Shown: positions 1-11,807 of the stretch, in pieces | How positions within the stretch are numbered: the first letter of the stretch is position 1 | Layout of the letters: every line of letters starts with the position of its first letter | Origin: Hypanus sabinus | Taxonomy: Eukaryota | Reading direction: 5' to 3' | Assembly: GCF_030144855.1 (NCBI RefSeq) | Contig: NC_082710.1 | Coordinates: forward strand, 153,140,001-153,204,000 | DNA length: 64,000 nucleotides | Translations under genes and position numbers: made by a program | The notes under the pieces: generated by a model | Databases searched by the model: none | What the model saw: only the letters and a program-made list of their open reading frames with translations | What the model was told of the DNA's origin: nothing

Positions 1-895
1 AAAATTAAGAGGGAACGGGAAAAAGAACTTCATTGTCTTATACCCACTGAGCAGTGGGAGAAAATTTTACAATTAGTCAATTCTTCTTCTATTTGTGCTA
101 AACATGCCCTAATACAATTTAAGGTTGTACATAGGGCTCATATGTCCAAGGATAAACTTGCTCGATTTTATTCTTATGTTAATCCAACCTATGACAGATG
201 TCATTCTGAAGTTGCTTCATTGACCCACATGTTTTGGTCTTGCTCTTGCTTGCAAAATTATTGGAAAGATATTTTCGGTACTATTTCAACAGTTCTGAAT
301 ATCAAATTGCAACCGCATCCTATTACTGCAATTTTTGGTTTACTAATGGTGGATAATAGTTGTTTATCCCCCTCAGCCCAGGGGATGATTGCATTTGTTA
401 CACTAATGGCTAGAAGATCTGTCCTATTGAACTGGAAAGAAATTAATCCTCCAACTATATTTCAGTGGTTTTCTCAAACTATTTCTTGTTTGAGTTTAGA
501 AAAAAAATTAGAAGTGTTGTCTTTGATCCTTCAGTTAAATTTGAAGAAACTTGGAGACCATTTATTCAACATTTTCATGAGTTAAACTGACTTTTCCTAA
601 ACCTTACTTTTATTATCCTTAATTATTTGGATGGAGGTGTGGAGTTATTGATGCTTCTGTGCATATTTGACATAATGCAATGGCCCATGTTGGTTATGTT
701 TTTTTTTTCTTTTTTTGTTTTTTTTTTCTTATTTACTCCATTTTTCATAATTACTATGAGTTTGGGAGGTTATTATATATGGATTATCATCTATTTGTAT
801 TTATACCTTAACCTATTAATTATGTACTCTGAAGCTCTCTGTATTCATGTTTTATTTTTGTTTGTTTACAATTAATAAAAAGATTTTAAAAGAAT
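1..895 (+). mobile_element. L1-clade LINE, 3' end (ORF2 C-terminus, T-rich 3' UTR, A-rich tail)
   Basis: ORF 142-585 has the L1 C-terminal motif DRC...SLTHMFWSC..L..YW; AATAAA plus A-rich tail at about 875-895; absent from the matching site of copy B. Confidence 0.75.
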
Positions 896-2218
896 CTTTG
901 AATCTGTTGCAGTGCTGGATTTCTGAACTGACCATTTACAACCAGAGCTGTGGCTTGCTGATGTCATGTTACTTTCTGATTCACAAAGTAATATTTGACT
1001 GACTGTTTCTTTGCTTTCTGGTTTCAGAATAAAGTGACCACGAGTTTCTCATCTTGTGAGCCTTCGACAGACCCATCATGTTGAAGAGTCTTGGCCCAAA
1101 ACTTTGACTGTTTATTTCCTTACATAGGTCCTGGTGTCAAGCTGAGTTCCTCCAGCTTTTTGTGTGTACATGTCCATCTTTCAAGGCTTTTCCTCTGTGT
1201 TCAGCTCCTCTTGGTAAACACACGCCCCACTTTGTCATTACATGCATCATCCTTCCCATGCTGGGATGAATTTTGACAGTTTGGTGTCTAGCTGACTCAT
1301 TATCCCAGGAAGTGAACTGGGGGTCCAGAGTATGGATGGTGTATGACAGCAAGACATAAGCGTGGGATCCAGCCTTTCTGCCCATCGAGATTGCCATTCA
1401 GTTATGGTTGATTTATTTTTCCCCCTCAAGTCCATTCTGCCTTCTCCCTATAACATTTAATGTACTTTCTCATCAAGGACTTCATCATCTCTGCTTTAAA
1501 TATACCCAAGTTACTTGACCTCCACAGCTGTCTGTGGGAATGTCTACAGCCAGAGTTTGGGGACCTGACTGTGGATAATGTGTGTGGCTGGAGCCAAGAA
1601 TGAAGTCTGGAACACCAGAGGGTGAACTATGAACTCTTTGCTTCACTTTTGCTTTGTTGCCAAGGTACTGTGCAGAAACACAAAATTTGTAGTAGGAAAA
1701 GGAATAACGACATACTGTTTGCAGACCATTAAGAAATTGGATCATGGAGAACCTGTTCCTGAATTGCTTAGTGAGGATTTTCAGACTTCTCGACATCATC
1801 ATAGTCTCTCCATTGCCAGCACATCCCATAATGTGGTAATCACCAAGTGTGGCCTAACCAATCTTGTAAAGTTGCAACATAATGTACCAACTTTTATATT
1901 CTGTGCCAAGACCCAGGAAGGTAACCCTGTCATGTGCCTTCTTCATCACTCTATGGATCTATGCAGCAATTTCAGGGAACATTTGTAGGGGAACCTAGTT
2001 GGGAAACATGTATATTATTCATGACTACTGACATTGAATTGGAGTTTCACTTTAAGAGGCTGGTCTGACACGAAGACATTACATAAAGAATTTTAGTGCA
2101 TTTTGGAGTTTAAAATGAGTGATGGGTTTCATTAAACATAAAATGCATCGCTTGGTTTTATTTGCAAAAGCCAACATTAGTGACTCCAAACAATCAGGTG
2201 ATTCCAGTGTTATTGAAC

Positions 2219-2530
2219 ATGTCAGGCAACACAGTAGGTTTGAAACTGCCAAAGTTTTTGGAGCAAAATGCTGTCACTTTTTTCATGCATGCTGAGGCCC
2301 AGTTTACTCTGCAAGAAATCACCACCGACGACACCAAATTTTACCATATGGTAGCATCGCTCAGCATTTCTACGGATACGAGAGTGGTGAGTCTGCTTGA
2401 ACATCCACCTGAACAAGATAACTACCAATTGCTGAAAAGTAACCTTTTACTGACTTTTGACTATCAGAGTCTGAACGTGCCAAACAATTGTTCGCCTTAT
2501 CCAGTCCCCAAATGTGAGGATGCCCGCAAC
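2219..2530 (+). mobile_element. Decayed LTR-retrotransposon gag fragment
   Basis: LKLPKF...F.HAEAQF...ITTDDTKFYH.V..L is typical of Gypsy/BEL gag N-termini. Confidence 0.6.
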
Positions 2531-2899
2531 TGTGAAACGAACAATGATGTGTCTGTGCTTTTATCATGTTCACTTTAGTATGAACACAAAGAAGTGATGC
2601 CTATTTTCTGCTTTGACAATTCCAGTACATTGGGACATCAGAGATCTGTGAACACTGTGAGCTTCAACTGCCAGGGTTGTCTGCTATTCATTATGGACAT
2701 CTATTCAAGGTGACACTTCCTCTGTGACATGTGCACAAGAGTATGTGCTGCCAGCATCACCTATTGATGAGAAGGCAAAGAGCTATGAAATCTCACTGGA
2801 GGCTGACCATGGCAGCAAGGTCCAGACTTAAAGGACACGACAGGTGACTTCAGCGGGTGATATTACACATGGGACGTTGTCCTGGCTAAACTGGCTAGA

Positions 2900-3110
2900 C
2901 ATCTGCTCAATATTGATTTCCTGTGTGTCCAAGGAAACTTACCTGAACACATTTGACAAACTCTATTCCATTCAGCCCTTTTATAGTATGGGAGTGTCAG
3001 TCAATATTTTGAAAATTAAATTCACATATTACCACACCTTGTGTTTCTTGCAACAGCGTGCAATCCCTCTACAAATCAGTTCCTGTAAAGCCTGCAGATC
3101 TTCTCCACTG
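2900..3110 (-). mobile_element. CR1 endonuclease fragment (second copy at about 12230-12420)
   Basis: Minus strand reads CKKHKV...FNFQNID*HSHTIKGLNGIEFVKCVQVSFL, matching the CR1 APE motif GDFNFPxIDW...EFVKCVQESFL. Confidence 0.6.
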
Positions 3111-4429
3111 CTGGGATGTAGCACAATGCAAACAGGAGGAGCAACATTTTATAGTCAGCCTGGGTTGGTTATAACTCAATGGCATGAATATTTCACCCTC
3201 AACATACTTTAATCCCGGTCCCCATATCCCTTTTTTTCGTACTTCTTCCTCTGACCTTCTGGTCCTCCCACTTTTTTCCTCTTACCCACACCCAACCCTA
3301 GCTTCTCACTCACCTCCATCCCCACCCCTCCTTTACTCATATATCGCCCTTCTTACTTCCCTCCATCAGGTTTCTCATGTACTCACATTGTCCTCTTCCA
3401 TATGTTTTTCTTTCCTCTTTCCTCTCTCTCTTTGTCATCCTCCATCTGTCATTTACCTGCCACTGTCTCCCAGCTGCAATTCCGCTCACCTGCTACCTGC
3501 TTATCATCTCATACCCTTCCTCAGTCCACCAGTTACCTTGAAGTCCCTTTTCCAATGACAAATTTCTTTAGTGAAACTGTTCCTCTTTTTCCAACGCATC
3601 CCTTCAATCTTACACCCATAACACCATTGAGCCATAGAGACAGGCCGGTTGTGGTTTGGAGGCTTGTGTGCCTCAGTCTTCTGAAGGTCTATGTTGTCTG
3701 GTTGCAGGGATTTATGTTTTGGTTCTTGGTAGGGTCACCATGCCAAACAGGTCAAAGGGTAGAGGACAGACAAAGAGTGGTCCATCGGTCCTCCAGGTTT
3801 GGGGTTTGGCTCTGGGATAATACCCCTGACTGGTAACACAAAATTGTTATGGAAACAGCAATTAAGAATCCTTCTGCTTTTGAGTGCGATGGTTCACCCA
3901 GGACTTCCTGGTGTCCTGGTTTCCTCCCTCAACTCAGTGATGTATAGGTTGTTGCATTAGTTGGCAACTGTGACTTGCCCCTTGTGTGTGAGTGAGCGGT
4001 ATGATCTGGAGTTGAGGGAGAAGGTGATAAGAATCTGGAGTGAATAAAATAACAACTTGCAGCAGCTAATTTACCTCCTGATCTGCCATGTCTTTGGAAT
4101 GAGGGAGGAGCACCCGGCAGATACCCATGGAGTCACAGGAGAAACATGCAATCTGCACACAGATATCACCCAAAATCAGAATTGAACCTGTGTCTACCAT
4201 TAAGCTGCAGGACTACCAGCTGCACCACTCTGCTGGTAGTGCCTTAACAGAAGAATAACAGATGAAAGTCCAATTATCCATAAATCTGATGCCCTCCCTC
4301 CTACACCAAATCCTTAGCCACAACTGTATAATCTTCCTATTTCTAGCCCCACTGGCAGGTGTTATATAGCAATCGTGAGATCACAACTTTGGAAGTCCTG
4401 CCCTTTAACTTAGCACCGAACTCCCTGAA

Positions 4430-5100
4430 CTCATTTCTATTTCTCTGACTACCAAATCCACTATCACCACAGCTCACATCGTCTTCCCCATTCTCTTATG
4501 AATCACAGAGCCAGACTAAGTGCCAGAGACATGACTACTGTGACTTTCCTCAACCTAGTCATTCCCCCACCCCCTCCAAAATATCCAAATTGGTATTCCT
4601 GTTGTTGATGGGAGATGGCCACAGGAGTACTCTGCACTGGCTGTTTAATCCCATTCCCTTCCTGACTGTCATCTAGTTTCCTGTGTACTGTGCCTTTGGT
4701 GTAACTACCTCCCTGTATTTTCTATCTGTCAACCCTCAGCTTTCCAAATGATCCGGAGTTCATCCAGTTCCAGCCCCAGTTCATTAACATAGATTGTTAG
4801 AAGCTGCAGCTGGGTGCACTTCTCATAGGTTTATTCATTAGGGATACTGGAGGTCTCCCTGCCTTCCCACATCCTGCAAGAAGAGGATTTCACTATCCTG
4901 CCTGTCCTCACTACTGTTTTAAATATAAAGAAGGAAAGAACAACAAATTGTTGGGAAAACTATCTACCTACAGCTCACTGAAGCTTCGAAGCTGAAACCT
5001 CAAAATCTCCATCCTAACAATCCACTCAAACGATGGCTGCTCCACTTGCCCCTGCCTTCATTTAGTTTGTTCTTGCAAATAATGCTGATGGCTGATTGGC
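4430..5100 (-). mobile_element. CR1 5' UTR/ORF1 fragment (second copy at about 14090-14756)
   Basis: Resembles the reverse complement of the CR1 ORF1 pieces at 46250-46620 and 29770-30050. Confidence 0.5.
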
Positions 5101-6236
5101 CGTAGCCCAAAACACCAAACTGCCACATGTCAATGCTTTATATACTCAATTGGCAAACGTAAGAGAGCAACATCTTCTCAGGCTTCATATCTCTGCTGGA
5201 AATATTCAAGATCGCTCAGTACCTGCAGAGAAAGGAAATATGCTTAGTTTCAGTAGAGCTGAAATAAGAGAGAAAGGTTAGGGTTAGAAAGGTAAAGCAT
5301 AGTAGGGACAGAGCTACTGATCCTTCAATCTCATGCTGACAATCGGTTAAAAAACTTGATGGATCTTCTGTGCTTTGATCTCCAGTGGTAAAGAAAATGA
5401 GAGGGGGAAGATTCGGGCAAAGAGTGAAAAAATATAGAATATAAGACCATAGATATAGGAAGAGAATTGGTCTATTTTGTCCTTCTGGTCTGCTCCATCA
5501 TCAAATCATGGCTGATTATTTTTGAACGCCATTCACGCTTCTTCTACCCAAAACCTTTCAACCCTTTACCAATCGAGAACCCGTCAAGCTCTGCCTTAAA
5601 TCCCTGAACAACTTTGCTTTCACAGCCCTTAGTGGAAACAAATTCCACAGATTCAGGCTGAAAAAACTCCTCCTCATTCCAGTATTAAAAAGAAGTCCCT
5701 TTATTCAGATATGTGCCCTCAGATCCTAGACTCTCCTGTTGATAAAAATATCCTCCCCATGTTCACTCAATCCAGACTTTTCAGTGTCCAGCAGATTTCA
5801 ATGAGATACCCCGCCTTCCACCCATCCTTCTGAATTTCCTTACAAGCCAATAGAGATCAAGCACTCCTCATATATTAAGGAGAGAAGGAAGAATATGAGG
5901 AATGAGGAAGAAAAGACAAGAGCAGGTGGTCAGAATTGGTTTTGAACCCAAGTAATGTAATCATTAAGTACTAAGGAAGGTCTAATCTGAGACTGTGACT
6001 GTGACTGAGACTGTCGTGTGGCCAAAGGGAGGGTGGTAGTGTGACACCCTCAGATACTGGGGGAGTACTACATTGTCAACGGGGCCATGAACTGTGGAGG
6101 GGCAGGGAAAAGTTGTGGGGTACTGAAAGAGGAGCATTGCACAGTCAGTGGACAGATACAATCTGTCGTCGGGGCGAGGTGCTTTGTTAGCTCTGGGGGA
6201 TGCAATAAAGAAATAGCACTCCATCAGCAATCAGTT

Positions 6237-9200
6237 ACATAGAAACACAGAAACATAGAAAATAGGTGCAGGAGTAGGCCATTCGGCTCTTCAAGTCTGC
6301 ACCGCCATTCAGTATGATCATGGCTGATCATCCAACTCAGACGCCTGTACCTGCTTTCTCTCCATACCCCCTGATCCCTTTATCCTCAAGGGCCATATCT
6401 AACTTCCTCTTAAATATAGCCAATGAACCGGCCTCAACTGTTTCCTGTGGCAGAGAATTCCAAAAATTCACCACTCTCTGTGTGAAGAAATTTTTCCCCT
6501 TCTCGTTCCTAAAAGGCTTCCCCTTTATCCTTAAACTGTGACCCCTCGTTCTGGACTTCCACAACATCAGAAACAATCTTCCTGCATCTAGCCTGTCCAA
6601 TCCCTTTAGAATTTTATACGTTTCAGTAAGATCCCCCCTCAATCTTCTAAATTCCAGTGAGTATAAGCCTCGTTGATCCAGTCTTTCTTCATATGAAAGT
6701 CCTGCCATCCCAGGAATCAATCTGGTGAACCTTCTTTGTGCTTACTCTATGGCAAGAATGTCTTTCCTCAGATTAGGGGACCAAAACTGCACACAATACT
6801 CTAGATGCGGTCTCACCAAGGCCTTGTACAACTGCAGTAGAACTTCCCTGCTCCTGTACTCAAATCCTTTTGCTATGAATGCCAACATACCATTTGCCTT
6901 TTTCACCGCCTGCTGTACCTGCATGCCCTCCTTCAATGACTGGTGTACAATGACACCCAGGTCTCGTTGCACCTCCCCTTTTCCTAATCGGCCACCATTC
7001 AGATATTTATCTGTTTTCCTGTTCTTGCAACCAAAGTGGATGACCTCACATTTATCCACATTAAATTGTATCTACCATGAATTTGCCCACTCACCTGACC
7101 TATCCAAGTCACCCTCCATCCTCTTAGCATCCTCTTCACAGCTAACACCGCCACCCAGCTTCATGTCATCCGCAAACTTGGAGATGCTGCATTTAATTCC
7201 CTCGTCTAAATTATTAATTTATATTGTAAACAACTGTGGTCCCAGCACTGAGCCTTGCAGTACCCCACTAGTCACTGCCTGCTATTCTGAAAAGGTCCCA
7301 TTTACTCCCACTCTTTGCTTCCTGTCTGCCAACCAATTCTCTATCCACATCAATACCATACCCCTAATACCGTGTGCTTTAAGTTTGCAGACTAATCTCC
7401 TGTGTGGGACCTTGTCAAAAGCCTTTTGAAAATCTAAATATATCACATCCACTGCCTCTCCCCTATCCACTCTACTAGCTACATCTTCAAAAAGTTCTAT
7501 TTTCACAAATCCATGCTGACTTTGTCCGATGATTTCACCTCTTTCCAAATGTGCTGTTATCACATCTTTGATAACCGACTCTAGCGTTTTCCCCACCACC
7601 GATGTCATGCTAACCGGTCTATAATTCCCCAGTTTTTCTGTCCCTCCTTTTTAAATAAGTGTGGTTACATTAGCCACCTTCCGATCCTCAGGAACTAATC
7701 CAGAATCTAAGGAGTTTTGAAAAATTATCACTAATGCATCCACTATTTCTTGGGCTACTTCCTTAAGCATTCTGGGATGCAGACCATCTGGCCCTGGGGA
7801 TTTATCTGCCTTTAATCCCTTCAATTTACCTAACACCACTTCCCTACTAACTTGTATTTCCCTCAGTTCCTCAATCTCACTAGACCCTCGGTCCCCTACT
7901 ATTTCCAGAAAATTATTTATGTCCTCCTTAGTGAAGACAGAACCAAAGTAGTTATTCAATTGGTCTGCCATGTCCTTGTTCCCTATGATCAATTCACCTG
8001 TTTCTGACTGTAAAGGACCTACATTTGTCTTGACCAATCTTTTTCTTTTCACATATCTATAAAAGCTTTTACAGTCAGTTTTTTATGTTCCCTGCCAGCT
8101 TTCTCTCATAATCTTTTTTCCCTTTCCTAATTTAGCCCTTTGTCCTCCTCTGCTGGACTCTGAATTTCTCCCAGTCCTCAGGTGTGCCGCTTTTTCTGGC
8201 TAATTTATATGTTTCTTCTTTGGACTTGATACTATCCCTATTTTCCCTTGTCAGCCACAGGTGCACTACCTTCCCTGGTTTATTCTTTTGCCAAACTGGG
8301 ATGAACAATTGTAGTTCATCCATGCCATCTTTAAATGCTTGCCACTGCATATCCACCGTCAATCCTTTAAGTATCATTTGCCAGTCTACCTTAGCTAATT
8401 CACGTTTCATACCTTCAAAGTTACCCTTCTTTAAGTTCAGAACCTTTGTTTCTGAATTAACTATGTCACTTTCCATCTTAATGAAGAATTCCACCATATG
8501 GTCACTCTTACCCAAGGGGCCTCACACGACAAGATTGCTAACTAACCCTTCCTCATTGCTCAATACCCAATCTAGAATGGCCTGCTCTCTAGTTGGTTCC
8601 TCGACATGTTGGTTCAGAAAACCATCCTGCATACATTCCAAGAAATCCTCTTCCTCAGCATCCTTACCAATTTGGTTCACCAAATCTATACATAGATTGA
8701 AGTCACCCATTATAAATACTGTCCCTTTATTTCAAGCATTTCTAATTTCCTGTTTAAAGACCCCCCCTAACCTCACTACCACTGTTAGGTGGCCTGTACA
8801 CAACTCCCACCAGCGTTTTCTGCCCCTTAGTGTTATGCAGCTCTACCCATATCGATTCCACATCCTCCAGGCTAATGTCCCTCTTTTCTATTGCATTAAT
8901 CTCCTCACTAACCAGCAATACTACCCCACCTCCTTTTCTTTCCTGTCTATCCCTCCTGAATATTGAATATCCCTGCATGTTGAAATCCCATCCTTGGTCA
9001 CCCTGGAGCCATGTCTCTGTGATCCCAACTATATCATATTCATTAATAACTATCTGCACATTCAATTCATCCACCTTGTTACGAATGCTCCTCGCATTGA
9101 CACACAAAGCCTTCAGGCTTGTTTTTACAACACTCTTAGCCCTTACAACCCGCGGCTCCGGAGCCGCATGCGACTCTTTCATCTCTGTGCTGCGGCTCCC

Positions 9201-10582
9201 CGTGGTTTGTTAGTTTTTGAAATGTAATTCGAAATTTGAAGATTATGGTGATCTTGTACAATCTAGGTAAAACGTTGTGGCGACCCCATTTCCTGGCACA
9301 TCCGAACTGGCTCACAATTAGCCACCGTTCCGGCTAAGGGAGATAGCCTACGGGGGTTTGTGAGTACGTGTCTTTTGGAGCAGCCACGCCCACGGGGGGC
9401 GTGTTGAGGGAGGCTTTAAAGCAAGGCTGTTTAGTTTGAATAAAGTTATCCTTGACTGCAGTGTCGTTATCTTAGCGCTGCGTGTAGCACACCGCCACAA
9501 CGTGTTTTTTATTGCTATTAATATACGTCACCACTGCCAATCCCTGACATCCACCAGTGCGCAATTTCTTTTAATTTTTCGATCGAAGGTAGGCTAACTA
9601 TGGAGTAACCTTCAACCCAACGTCTTTTTTATCGGAGTTCAAAATGTTTTTGTTGCATGCAGAAATGTAATTTCGTTTTCTCTGCAGAAGTTCATCAATT
9701 TCATAAATGTAATACATTATAGTTTGTTTATACATAGCATAAAGGCAAAAAAACCGTTGTATGCAGTGTTATTTCATTTTAAATGTCGAACGGGTTTTGT
9801 GGTTCCCAGTGTTTTCTTTTCTGTGGGAAATGGGTCCAAATGGCTCTTTCAGTGGTAATGGTTGCCGACCCCTGCCTTATACAATCATGTTGAAAAGTGG
9901 CCCTTTTTGCTTTTTGCCCTGGATTTGCCTGCCTGCCACTTTTACTTTTCACCTTACTACTTTTTGCTTCTACCCTCATTTTACACCCCTCTGTCTCTCT
10001 GCACTTGTCCCCATCCCCCTGCCACAATAGTTTAAAACCTCCTGAACAGCACTAGCAAACGTTCCCCCTCGGACATTGGATCCAGTCCAGCCCAGGTGTA
10101 GACTGTCCTGTTTATTCTGTTCCCAACTCCCCCTGAACTGGTTCCAATGTCCCAGAAATTTGAATCCCTCCCCCTTGCATCATTTTTCAAGCCACGTATT
10201 CATCTGAAACATCCTCCTATTTCTACTCTGACTAGCACGTGGTACTGGTAGTAACCCAGAGATTATTACCTTTGTGGTCCTACTTTTCAGTTTATCTCCG
10301 AACTTCCTAAATTCCCCTTGTAGGACCACATCCCGTTTTTTACCTATAACGTTGCTACCTATGTGTACCACAACCACTGGCTGTTCACCCTCCCAGTCCA
10401 GAATGTCCTGCAGCTGCTCAGAAGCATCTTGACCCTTGCACCAGGGAGGAAACATACCATCCTGGAGTCTCGTTTGTGGCCGCAGAAACGCCTATCTATT
10501 CCCCTTACAGTCGAATCCCCTATCACTATAGCTCTCCCACTCCTTTTCCTTCCTTCCTGTGCCGCAGAGCCACACATGGTGC
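6237..10582 (-). mobile_element. 5'-truncated CR1 LINE (SGNH-esterase ORF1 part, APE endonuclease, RT, 3' catagaaa tail), frameshifted
   Basis: ORFs with GDSTVRG (esterase), NARSIRNK/TETWL (APE), [13 protein letters not shown] (RT) and LYKALVRPHLEYCVQFW; flanked by ATCAGTT direct repeats at 6230-6236 and 10583-10589. Confidence 0.92.
9146..9874. mobile_element. Non-autonomous hAT (Charlie-like) DNA transposon nested in the CR1
   Basis: Right TIR GGTTGCCGACCCCTG at 9860-9874 followed by CCTTATAC; the left end retains only cctta + caacccgcggctc; the CR1 sequence is interrupted between these points. Confidence 0.7.
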
Positions 10583-11807
10583 ATCAGTTGCAACACATTG
10601 GCAGGGTGTAGTTCAGAGGAACACTGTATGTGTTTTTCAAAATTAGAAAAGTACTTTGTAAGTTCATTATCTACTACGAGTACTACAGTAAATGAGAAGT
10701 GTAGGGAACAGTCGCTTCAAATAGGTACAGAGGGGCTGCATCCTCATACACACCATATACTTGTGATACATGATCTCTTTCAGCCCACCGAAGTGACAGG
10801 CAGCTCGGAAACCTATTAGAGTGTGTCAACATTGGGATATTGCTTTGCTTTGTTCAACATTGGGATATTGCTTTGTTCTCACGTTTCCTCACTGGGATGG
10901 AAAATATCATGGTCTTTGGGCTCTTGTTAGTGGTGGAAGGTAGTGCTATAGTTCTAGAGGAAGAGGGTGAGCACACACAGTGACAACAATCTAAACACAT
11001 CCTGAACCTATTTACTACCCTGATCTAGAACCTGGCCTTGAAAGTACTTCCACTAATGGCCTATTTCCCCATAATCATTTTCCAGTTTATTTCACATCAA
11101 TGAAGACCATGGGGCAAACCTTTCCAATTTTGCTATGATTCCCAGAGATTCCTTCTTAAGTTTTGATTTCCCCTCCAACCCGGCCGATAACATTTGGTCT
11201 CAGCGTCCTGTGCTCCTGGTTCATGGATGTTGGTGAAGAGTAAGAATTTCAGGTTGTACACTGTATACATTCTCTGATATTAAATGGGCTCTTTATTTTT
11301 TAAAGAAAGCTTCCCTGCTGACTGTGCAGCTCACCAAGGTACGACAATCCTTTACCATGGCTCCACTGACCATACAGTGCTGAGCTGATACTTCCCAGCA
11401 AACAGCAGTTCTTTCACCCTGTAGAAAACTGATCTCATTCTCTTTTACCTCAATTTCCTTGCATATTCTAATTTTATCATTCTACTTCTTCTTTCCTCAT
11501 AATGTGGTTCATACTATGATACATTTCTTCTTTCTGGTTGCTCCTCTTTGTTTGCTATTTTGGGTGTTTTTGAACAGGGCACCTGCAGATAATGAATTCA
11601 GTTGAACTGAATAAGGCTGGACTCTTTTCAATTTTATGTTTTAAATTCTGTGTTTTTTACTCGTTTTTTGTTGTTGCTGTTTCTGCATGGAGGGAGGTGT
11701 TGATGTTTTTCTTTGAACAGTTTCCATGGTTTTCTTTGTTTTATGGTTGTCTGTGGAGAAGACGAATCTTAGGAACATATACTTATGCTTTGTTCATAAA
11801 TGCACTT

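Larger units (their letters stand above)
895..11218 (+). repeat. Tandem segmental duplication, copy A
   Basis: Collinear with 11808-17364, from ctttgaatctgttgcagtgctgg to tcctgtgctcct; carries extra segments 971-2570 and 6237-10582. Confidence 0.9.

Noticed and set aside
627-875. Very hydrophobic ORF resembling a membrane protein
   Set aside because: It is the T-rich 3' UTR of the L1 element.
2937-3212. Strong minus-strand donor (CAG|GTAAGT) and duplicated ORF 2844-3212 / 12149-12430
   Set aside because: The minus strand is a decayed CR1 endonuclease fragment, not a host exon.
5278-5287. TTAGGGTTAG telomere-like motif
   Set aside because: Under two units; expected by chance.
5200-5290. Two minus-strand acceptor-like sites (tatttcag, tttctctgcag|GTACTGAGCGATCTTGA) inside the identical tract
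   Set aside because: No partner exons and no similarity to the class I terminal exons; identity between copies is explained by conversion or artefact.
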